Source: Takakia lepidozioides (taxonomy: Eukaryota; Plantae; Bryophyta). From it: 64,000 bases of DNA. The notes below the pieces were generated by a model. It did not search any database and was not told where the DNA came from. It saw nothing but the letters and a program-made list of their open reading frames with translations. The DNA lies in NCBI GenBank assembly GCA_030704615.1, contig CM060731.1:85188001-85252000 (forward strand), in the 5' to 3' direction. The position numbers and the translations under genes are program-made. This document shows, piece after piece, positions 52,001 through 59,800 of this stretch (the stretch's first letter is position 1; each line of letters starts with the position of its first letter).

Positions 52001-53405
52001 TTCACAATGACTGCGTTCAGGGTTTAAGGAGAAGTGACATGGATCACAATCCTAGGTCACTTACGTATCTCTCAAAATCATACAAAGTTTGACTTACGGG
52101 AAGGCATGAAATGAACCGAAATTGCAGTTTGCAAACGGGGCAGATATTGGACACTGTCGCCCACTTGTCAATGCATGCAAAGCAGAACCTGCACAGAGGA
52201 ACGTGAATGGAACAGCTTTTCAACTTACCTTCTACATTGTGGTATCGGAGTGGCTTTCCAGACCTTATGATTTCTTCAACATTTGCACATTTTGAAAATC
52301 CGATCTAGGACATGATCTCAATGCAAACTAAGTAGCTTTTGCAAAATGTGGGGACTGACAGATCTGAAATCAAGATACCCAGCCCCAAGGGCCAAATGAA
52401 GCCACCGCCATGATCGTGATGGTGGCCAAAGAAGCGAGGCAGTATTAACTGATTGGTGCAGGCATACGATGGTAATATAGCAGTCTGTCCTTGGGCTGAG
52501 CGCCATATAGATGGACAGTTACATTGTAGTGCTACTTCAATGTTTTCTTGTATAATCACATAGTTGTTGCCTGTTATGAAATCACTTTGTTCCAAATAAG
52601 AGAGATTTACTTATCTCTAGAATTTCTAGATTTTCATACAGAAATTTGGGTTTCATATGAGGATACAACGTACACATGAGTGCAGCAGTCAAGCATTCCA
52701 CAATTTGAAACCAGCACAGAGCAGATTCCACACCGATCGCTCCCATCGTCCACCTCCTGCCTCCCAAAAGGACATGAGAAGTACGTCTTGATTACCATAA
52801 GCACATACTCTCCAATAGAAACTCCCATACTCATCCAACAGCTGAGGTTACCCAGCCCACACGAATGTAGTAACTTGTGAGGAGGTACGTCCATCCAAAC
52901 CGACTTGAGGGAGGATAAGACATCAGTATTTACTCATCGGTCCTGTGCGACCACAGCCTCCTAGTTACAACCTCTGAAAGATGGGCAAGTGGATGTTTAT
53001 AGGGATTTACCCGTACCACCAAACGAAGTTGGTTGTGATCGGTGAGCTCTTAATGTTGGGAAAAATCTCAAAATGAACTTACCACATAACTGCAGCCTGC
53101 ACGTAAAGCTGTCCCCAAAGCAGCCTTGCTGGCGTCTGCATTCACTTGGTGCGATCCTCTTACACCAGTTTTCCCCATTTTTGCTAGGATGGGCGCAGCT
53201 TCAAGGGCACCACATTATCCTTGGGGGTCCAACTTTTTCGCTCTCCGCTTCAGACCGCTCCAGGTCTCACGTGGAAGCACGTCAAATTATCATCAATCTG
53301 GTACTTTGACAAATTCTTAAAAAGGAAGCCACATTCCGAATAGAAATCCTTCGTAGCAAGTTCTTGTCGGTGTTTGACACCCAACTTCTCATCTAACTCG
53401 TACAT
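6626..53405 (-). CDS. Multi-exon RING + PHD zinc-finger protein, At4g10930-like
   Basis: Exons joined by hand using GT-AG sites and phase: 53271-53405 (tentative first exon), 52674-52756, 52098-52188, 45440-45513, 45227-45299, 33603-33709, 25371-25433, 15086-15369, 14740-14804, 14406-14604, [13135-14405 unresolved], ~12832-13134, 12039-12537, 11232-11730, 10530-10933, 9928-10002, ~8067-8754, 6915-7660, 6626-6835. RING: [42 protein letters not shown]: [31 protein letters not shown]. Further family motifs: [55 protein letters not shown]. Confidence 0.85.
8823..8962 (+). mobile_element. 5'-truncated young LINE-A 3' end with 13-bp TSD
   Basis: TSD tctctggatctga at 8810-8822 and 8963-8975, at the edge of a (TC)n tract. 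Confidence 0.9.
8976..9592 (+). mobile_element. Older LINE-A subfamily 3' fragment
   Basis: Degenerate [18 protein letters not shown]; ends gagtacattctctctc. Confidence 0.8.
9928..13134 (-). CDS. Central host exons (five exons)
   Basis: ORFs 12774-13196, 12000-12524, 11194-11751, 10521-10991 and 9703-9984 join in phase through GT-AG introns. Confidence 0.75.
13265..14163 (+). mobile_element. LINE-B (RTEX-like) 3' fragment
   Basis: ORF 13264-14058 with [16 protein letters not shown]...CPAC...EEHFFFYCP; (CATTT)n tail; paralogous to 29041-29950. Confidence 0.9.
15086..15369 (-). CDS. Host exon
   Basis: Lies within ORF 15033-15383; supplies the last PHD Cys and the [15 protein letters not shown] motif; AG and GT boundaries. 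Confidence 0.75.
16118..16189 (+). ncRNA. tRNA-derived cloverleaf / Pol III internal promoter in the 5' LTR (unlikely to be a decoding tRNA)
   Basis: Acceptor GGACGGG/CCCGACC-A; D arm GCTT-AGTGGTA-GAGC (A box); CCCCA/TGGGG arm; variable loop AGGTC; T arm CTAGG-TTCAATC-CCTAG (B box); anticodon loop lacks U33. Confidence 0.8.
16338..16409 (+). ncRNA. tRNA-derived cloverleaf in the 3' LTR
   Basis: Same fold as 16118-16189 with 4 substitutions; B box GGTTCAATCCC intact. Confidence 0.75.
18001..21536 (-). CDS. LINE-A EN-RT polyprotein (copy 1)
   Basis: Uninterrupted ~1180 aa; frameshifted from the EN N-terminus ([11 protein letters not shown]); a 1-bp deletion near the 3' end causes read-through to 17856. 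Confidence 0.85.
21668..22080 (-). repeat. Three 141-bp (47-aa) coding tandem repeats in the LINE-A N-terminal region
   Basis: Three copies of [22 protein letters not shown]; also at ~38350-38760 and ~47515-47930. Confidence 0.9.
23082..24895 (-). mobile_element. Degenerate LINE-A fragments (RT to 3' end)
   Basis: ORFs 24540-24860, 23957-24511 and 23244-23834; a short LINE-B tail remnant follows at ~24918-24945. Confidence 0.85.
25371..25433 (-). CDS. Host exon, PHD finger second half
   Basis: cag|(W)[20 protein letters not shown](R)|gtaagt. Confidence 0.85.
26310..29952 (+). mobile_element. LINE-B (RTEX-like) degenerate, 5'-truncated
   Basis: ORF1 end (GMYLNEDFT), EN (SWNCNG, LLETH, VVDY), RT ([19 protein letters not shown]), [12 protein letters not shown] + CCHC; (CATTT)n tail at ~29936-29950. 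Confidence 0.9.
30587..30709 (-). mobile_element. Short antisense LINE-A 3' end inserted in LINE-A, 14-bp TSD
   Basis: TSD cctggcagaagaga at 30573-30586 and 30710-30723. Confidence 0.9.
32431..32705 (+). mobile_element. Young LINE-A 3' end inserted in older LINE-A, 12-bp TSD
   Basis: TSD tctgatgctcaa at 32419-32430 and 32706-32717. Confidence 0.9.
33603..33709 (-). CDS. Host exon, PHD finger first half
   Basis: cag|[35 protein letters not shown](W)|gtaag. Confidence 0.85.
34048..35288 (+). mobile_element. 5'-inverted, truncated LINE-A at a (TC)n tract, interrupted by an L1-like fragment
   Basis: 34048-34132 antisense, 34133-35288 sense; foreign segment at ~34443-34795. Confidence 0.85.
34443..34795 (+). 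mobile_element. L1-type ORF2 C-terminal (zf-RVT-like) fragment
   Basis: [17 protein letters not shown]...IW...TLWHIWRAR pattern, with one internal stop. Confidence 0.6.
36227..38089 (+). mobile_element. LINE-A copy (EN to RT start), split by copy 2 and resuming at 42435
   Basis: ORF 36271-38115 breaks at HIFTL; SQIIQG resumes after 42434; preceded by (CT)n. Confidence 0.9.
38100..42434 (+). mobile_element. LINE-A near-full-length copy 2
   Basis: 5' end as in copy 1; ~0.7-kb deletion relative to copy 1 at ~38295; ORFs 38666-39856 and 39946-42429. Confidence 0.95.
42435..44980 (+). mobile_element. Older LINE-A RT and 3' fragments
   Basis: ORF 42878-43675 (FADD), degenerate C-termini, two 3' ends. 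Confidence 0.85.
45227..45513 (-). CDS. Two small host exons (45440-45513, 45227-45299)
   Basis: [10 protein letters not shown]...KQE-R|[24 protein letters not shown]; phases fit the neighbouring exons. Confidence 0.75.
46089..46786 (-). mobile_element. Older LINE-A 3' fragment, continuing at 51637-51716
   Basis: ORFs 46250-46519 and 46516-46731; interrupted by copy 3. Confidence 0.85.
46787..51623 (+). mobile_element. LINE-A near-full-length copy 3 with 13-bp TSD
   Basis: TSD tctcttccgccag at 46774-46786 and 51624-51636; ORF 48062-51226 is cut by a 19-bp tandem duplication (51206-51243) in the CCHC motif. Confidence 0.95.
52098..52756 (-). CDS. RING-finger exons of the host gene (52674-52756 and 52098-52188)
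   Basis: [28 protein letters not shown]|[30 protein letters not shown]; canonical splice sites, consistent phase-2 junction. Confidence 0.85.
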
Positions 53406-53851
53406 GGAGGATTCTTCAATCTTTTTGACAAAAACATCCGAACTTGCGCCACTTCAACTCCAAGGTCAAATTTTACTCATCTACACTCCCCACAACCTTG
53501 CATCCCTTCCCGGAAACATGTTATGGGCAAATTAGGAGGGAGCTGCAACGTACTCAGCAGCAGTAACGCCTTTTCTGGCGAACAGCAACCGAGAAGAGGG
53601 AGAAATGAGAATGCTATAACAATTCCCGGGACATGAATCCAAAGGGGACACACAGGGCAAACAAAGTGTGCATCCCCTTCAATCCGAGTTCCCGATTCCA
53701 AAATCCAAACCTGCCATCAACCAGAACCCTAACAAACAATTGAAGCCTCAACCAACCTTATATCATGGGTTGTTCCCATGTTGGGAACATGTAGCTTTTA
53801 AAATTAATCATATTTAGAGCATCCCCACCGGGCCGCTATCAGCCACGTTAA

Positions 53852-54157
53852 AAGCAGGTGTGGCGTATTCTGCCACTTTTGAGACTAATTCTTAGGCCGA
53901 ATTGGCCACCCAGAGTCTACTGCCGATTCGGCAGGCAGAATCGGCAGGGATGGCCGATTATGCATGGAGGACAGCAGAGCAACCACCCAGGCCCATGTCA
54001 TCAGCCACTAGGCTAGCCATCAACCCGACCACCATCCCTTTGAGGCTCGCCCCGTTTATATCCTCTCCGGGGCTCTCAACCTGGGCAATCGATATGGGAT
54101 AATTGAACCCCAATCATATTGCACCAGGTGGCGGCGAGAATACGCCACAACCTGCTT
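53852..54157. mobile_element. Nested MITE with ~25-bp TIRs, TTAA (or TA) target
   Basis: ttaa|aagcaggtgtggcgtattct ... agaatacgccacaacctgctt|ttaa. Confidence 0.7.
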
Positions 54158-54170
54158 TTAATGCCAGTGA

Positions 54171-54375
54171 ACGGGCCGTGTTGGGCCGACTCTGCCCCTT
54201 ACCGTGCAGCGGTGGGGCATGGATTTTGTGTTTTTTCTCTCTAACACGGAGAACGGGCCGCTTCCGTACCATAGGGCTCGCCCTATGGCCGCGCACAGGG
54301 CAGAGTCGGCCAAACACGGCCCGTTCTCCGTGTCAGAGAGAAAAAAACACAAAATCCATGCCCCACCGCTGCACG
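54171..54375. repeat. Long inverted repeat / hairpin
   Basis: 54203-54260 is complementary to 54317-54375; 54171-54198 is complementary to 54297-54324. Confidence 0.85.
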
Positions 54376-55482
54376 TTACAGCGCACGATAAGGTTTCGTG
54401 CGCTCCAAATTGGCTGCGGACCCGCAACCTTGCTGTGTCCTTCCGGCCCGTTATGTCTCACGCAAGTCAACATCAGACGAGTCAAGCGAGCATCCCACAC
54501 GTGAGATGCCGGTGAGCGAGAGGTTGAGGCGGGAGGTTGGCGTGAGATTTGTCGGGCACCGGTGGGGAGCATTCTGCCTGCAGCCCCACCAGCTTCTTGT
54601 GCGCTTTGCACATGCCTCAATAAAAGACACTTGATGTACCCTTATACCGAGCCACCGGTGGGGATGCTCTAAGTGTTGAAATTTTTTGTATGAGACCACC
54701 ATTGTGGGAGCGTGGGATCTAGCTCCTCAATATGCGCTCTCCCCGGCGGGACTTGGTCATTTTTGGAAGTCGCTCCTCATACTCATCTGTCCTCCCATAG
54801 CACTTTATCGTACGCATTCATATGGTTACACAATTACATCGATGTCCAAACCACACAACACATGCACACCCACAAACTAGTATGTCATAATGATTCTAAA
54901 CTACAAATAATACATACATCTGCTCAACGACAAGACACAAATACATTCACATAAAACTAGATCACTTATAAAATAAGCTAAGTCCGGGGCACCCCAAGTT
55001 ATGAGGAATCCACCAATGTTGTGCAGATCCGGGTTTTGACCCCGAGTACCTGGCGGGTTAGGATCCAGGTTATTACCAGGGTTGGCCGGGTATTACATTT
55101 TGGGCATATTGAAGGGTCAGGGTAAAGCATCTTCGTTTAAAGTGGTATGGAGGCGGTTATATATAATGTAGTGTTTTGAAAATTAAGTCGGTTAGAGGTT
55201 ATCAATAGAAGGGTCTACAGACTTCAGATGAAGTGTAGCAGAATGGACCATTGTTGTCAAGATGATGTCATATGAATAGCTTTGGGTATGATATACCACT
55301 GTGCAGGCTTTAGTTGCCAATTTCCACCTCAAAACAGCAAGTGGAGCATGTTAGTATGTTTGATGCTTAATGTGCGGTTTGTCTCTCTGCAGTCGAAGAC
55401 ATCCAGTGCATCCCAGACTCTAACATCCTGACCTTGAGAAACACAAAATTTGTTGTGAAAATTGCATTGTAAGACCTAACAC

Positions 55483-55713
55483 CTTTCAGCACTTGAAGCA
55501 CCTCTGCCTCTCGCAAGTACTTCAGGTCCCACTGATGCTGCACAGCGCTCAGGAGTATAACTTCCAGATTGATTTGTACAACATTGGGGGGACACTCACT
55601 TCATCTCCATTAGGATCTTCAGCATATGGCCGCTGGTTGAGAAGAGCTCTGATTGTGTCAAGCCTGGGTGTTGTCTCCACCAACTCCAAATGGCCTGAGG
55701 CAGCGGCCACCAC
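55483..55713 (-). pseudogene. DCC1: Captured fragments of a DCC1 (sister chromatid cohesion)-like gene
   Basis: VVAAASGHLELVETTPRLDTIRALLNQRPYAED|gtgagt and LEVILLSAVQHQWDLKYLREAEVLQVLK|gt resemble recalled plant DCC1 segments. Confidence 0.55.
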
Positions 55714-56019
55714 CCCATTTCACACTATAATATGAGTGGCAGTGACACCGTAGCCAGATCTTTTACAAGTGCATAGGTGGAGGACTAAAGTGCATAGATC
55801 ATCAACATCATGCATTCCAGCCCTTAGCACTTTCAAACTGTCACCATGCATACTAGGTGAAACTCCTCAGCCACCTTGGATCAGGTGATAAGTGAGCCCT
55901 TCAAAGAGAAGGTTTGTAGGAATCACATGATCAGTTTTATCCACACTCTACGCACGACCCCAGCACATCTGTGTTCAGATTGCTTCTCCCTTAACATATA
56001 AATCACTCAGGTTGCCGTG

Positions 56020-56600
56020 GTTTGACAAAAGATGAATATACTGGCAGCCTCTTTGCCTTTTGCTGAAACCAGTGCCATCCCCTGAAACAGTTCCACTTAT
56101 CAACAATCACCTTTAGGGTAAGGAAAGGCAAACAAAAGCAGAGGAAGCATGAGGGAAGGGAGGGACAGATAGACACAAGAAGTACCTTTGCAAGGTTGGC
56201 CATGCCAACAACAGGTAGAAAGTGCCGAGGGCACATCGGCGACACAACCTCTAGTCCTGCACCTATGTCATACATAACAAACGCGGTTTCCCATACCCAC
56301 CCACAAGCAATTGAATACCACCCAAGGCCCTGTTAGCCTAATTTATTGCTTGGAAAGTTCCAAACTTCTACCCAAATCCTAGCCAAATGTCTGTTAGTCC
56401 ACTATTGCTGTGGGGCAACAAATACTTCCCCACAGTCCTTCAGGGTACATTTCTTCTCATGGAGGCATCATTCAAAGAGAGATAACAGTTTTCTTTTTTT
56501 CGACATACTCCTGCAAATATGTAGGTGTATTGGCCACAAGATCGCCATCGCTTTGGCTCAGAATCCATGTGAGCCCCCATGCTGCTGCACACCAGCCTCC
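56020..56600 (-). pseudogene. RUS2: Captured intron-containing fragment of a ROOT UVB SENSITIVE 2 (DUF647)-like gene
   Basis: Collinear pieces RLVCSSMGAHMDSEPKRWR; YDIGAGLEVVSPMCPRHFLPVVGMANLAK|gt; ag|GMALVSA..RLPVYSSF match recalled RUS2 motifs. Confidence 0.7.
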
Positions 56601-57465
56601 TGAGGATATAAAAAGCATGTTCTCTCATGGAAAAAAGTGTGCAGTCTTCAACCAAATTGAGAGGAGGAAGCACCTCAACTTGCCTCAACTTGCCACATCT
56701 GCTTCACACTTAGGGAATAGTTGAAGAGCAGTCAGATACTGCCAGACATCTCTCTGGTCTCTGCCTCTCTGTCTCAACATCATTCATTGAAAATTATGCC
56801 GAACACTTTTGTATAGCAAAATTTGTAAAGGCATAACCAACTCGATGTTCTCATAACTCCACTACTATAGCAAGAGGGTGAGGGCTCTCTTTATTAAAAC
56901 CTTGGCAATATTCCTGACAAGTTAGGAAATGCTTACCCTGGCAAGCCCATGGAGCAGAAAAACAGTACACAAGTGCAAGCATATAGTGGAGCATGATGAA
57001 ACAAATCATCTTTCAAGAATAAGTTGATTCAACCAAATAAGGAGAAGAGGCACAGCCATGAAGAAATGACAGAGCATGTCGTGGTCGACTTGACATGTGT
57101 GTAAATTAATGTGCAGGCTAACTCTATTCTATTTGTCCTCCAACCTACACGAACCCAGTTTGAGCATGAATTTGAAATTTTGAACTGCACCTGCAAGACC
57201 AGGGCAAGATCAGAACACATCTTGAAAATGTTACGCACATCAAATCAGGTCTTGTTGTCCAGACATTGGGGACAGTGAGATACGTCACAAAACTTTTACT
57301 AGAACAAGACATTGCCTGAAACTGGAGGCCAACTTGGTGCCTTCATCCCCAAGAGAAATAAACATTCCAGTAGGTCATGAATCCTCAAGGTTGATTCTGA
57401 CCAGGCAGTCATGCCCCTACTACTACTCGGATTGATTTTCCCTAGTGCTCTAGTGCTCTAGTGCC

Positions 57466-59800
57466 CTAGTGCTCTAGAGGCAGCTCCTCAAAAAGACCAG
57501 CTTCTTCTATTGTACCATAATTATCCTCGGCAAGACTAGCCTCTTTAGCCATAAAGCATTTCAAGGCACGGTCCTGAAGGTTGCAGTCAAGCCGAGGGTC
57601 ATTCGGCCAATTCTTGATCACCATGATCAAACGATCGAAGTTCTCAACCTGCAAATGACAATGCCTAAGTGATGTGAGGACACCGGCAATACTGAATACA
57701 CGTTCAGTCTCGATTTGGGACCCAGGGATGCCCAAAATTTGTTTGGCCAGAAATGCCACATTTGGAAATTGTCCCTCGTGATCCCGCCACCATGACAGGG
57801 GATATGAAGATGTTGTTGTAAGAATAGAGAGCCGCCTAAACAAATATAGCTCCCCCTTCACAAGTGCAATCGAGGATTCTTCGTCAGATGCTCCCTCCCC
57901 AAAAAGATTGTTCTCTTCTGCAATTTCAACATTATCAGAGACATTATCGCTTGCACATGCACAAGGGTTAAATCTTTTGAAGCAAAGCAGTAGTAGAGGG
58001 ATCAGTGCTTTCTGGTCATATCCTGAAACAATGTGGATAGCTGCACCACGTCCCACATAATTTGTGACCAATTTCAGGCCTTTGAAGTGAGGGTCCAACA
58101 TCAGCGCCAACATGTTGTGTGACTTCCTGACATTAAATGATACCAAAAAATTGAGAAAAGGCTGCAAAACAACAATGACCTCTTCACGAATTCTGCTTTA
58201 GAGTGCGAGAAGCTCCGCATCAAAGACATCGGGTGGCTGAGTCTCATCATCAAACTGAGCTTTCTCCTCTTGCATGCGCACGGACAAAGAGATGGCAGCA
58301 TTGAGGGCGTCAGACAACAACCAATGACCTCTTGATTGATTAAGAACATGAGCAGTCACCACAGGGTTCAAAGAACTTGTAACTGCTTCGGCAATAGCCC
58401 ATACCTGAGGCTTATGAACTCTTTGTTGCAGAGTAAGAGTTTGCCAACTGTAACATGTGATAATGGCCTCTTTAAACTCAAGGGTTTCTTCAAACATTAT
58501 GACTTTAGATGCAAACCTGGTTTTCACAGGAGTCTTCAGCTTGCGAGGCCGTAGGCCAGAGTCTATGCATGCCTTATTCCATTATTGCCGACCATTTCCT
58601 GATTTCTTTGTCCAAGTAATAATCTTCTGTAAACAGGCCTGAGCATCTTTGATCGCGACCTCCCTCAAACCAAGACAAACTTTCAGATCATTTGCTTTAG
58701 ACATAACTTGCCCAAAGCATGTGCCCTCAAAAACTGATTGTATCTGCAGAAGGTCACAATGGATCTAAGAGCAGCTACCATGGTACTCAAATTTCCTCCT
58801 TCATCCTTAACAAAAGCAATGATGCGTCGTGTCAAGCCGAAAGTATCAAGAAGAAATTGCATGTGTATTGCCATCGCTGCACCTGAGGTATCAGAGACCT
58901 CAAATAATCCCACTGTCACATGAATTGGAATCCACTTGTCATTGAGGAAGTTGATACTAGAGCAAATGTGTCTATCCCACCTCTACTCATCCACAAGTCA
59001 AAGCTGGCAGAGCCGGTCACACAAGTATTCAAAGAAGGCAACACATAATTCTCCATTGTCTTCGTAACCATGGATGGCAAAACTTCGGCGATGAGAGCCT
59101 TGCGGGAAGGAAAGACAACTCGGGGGCATTGCCTCAAAACCATCTTCCTGAGCCATATGTTTTCCATTGTAGACAAGGGTCTGTAACCCTTAGCAATGTA
59201 AAGCATGAGGTCCTCAAGAAACTTCACTTGCTGCTGGTCTGTTTTTTTTGTAAGGAGTAGTAGAACCGAAAAATGAAGTGATGGCACAACCTGTAGACAA
59301 TGAGCGTTTATTTCTTGTCTGGCGACTGTTCTCGTCCAATGCGATTGTTCTGCTGACATGTGCTTTCATTGTGGCAAAAAGGATAAACCATGTGCATATG
59401 TTTGCCCATAGTTGTGATTCCGTTGGCTTTGTTGTATTTCACCAAGCCTTTTCTAGCAACACTGTGTTGGCCAAGAATGTTGGTAGTTGTAGATTGAGAG
59501 CGACAAATAATGCATCGCATCATTTGTGGGTTGCAGTATCGACACGAAGTGAATAATTCAGAGCAAAAAATGACCAACAAACTGAACTACGGTTGTAGGG
59601 TTTCCAGAAATCAGCTTGTCCTTGCAGAACTTGCAACTGTTGCAACTCTACTGCTGGATTTGTTTGGTGGGCAATATCGATAGCTGCATCAATGCCCCCT
59701 CCATCTTTTGAAGTTCCACACTCTGAGGCAATCACAGCGAGAGTACCCAATTCTGACTGTCCACCATGTACACCAGCGGCAAACACACAGCTATCTTGCT
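57466..59800 (-). pseudogene. hAT transposase, frameshifted
   Basis: BED-like CWSFF...CIIC...GITTMGKH; SFDLWMSRG; VKDEGGN; KTRFAS; LMLDPHFK; dimerisation domain PLSWWR...FPNVA...GSQIETERVFS; at least five breaks. Confidence 0.9.

Larger units (their letters stand above)
53817..54669. mobile_element. PIF/Harbinger (Tourist-like) MITE upstream of the host gene
   Basis: TIR GAGCATCCCCACCGG / CCGGTGGGGATGCTC; flanks TTA and TAA. Confidence 0.7.

Noticed and set aside
53477-53701. ORF with CPVC as the first host exon
   Set aside because: No compatible splice path; 53271-53405 fits the phase better, though it is also tentative
54940-55000. Helitron 3' end on the minus strand (GC hairpin + CTAG)
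   Set aside because: Hairpin-to-CTAG spacing is too long and no other Helitron evidence is present
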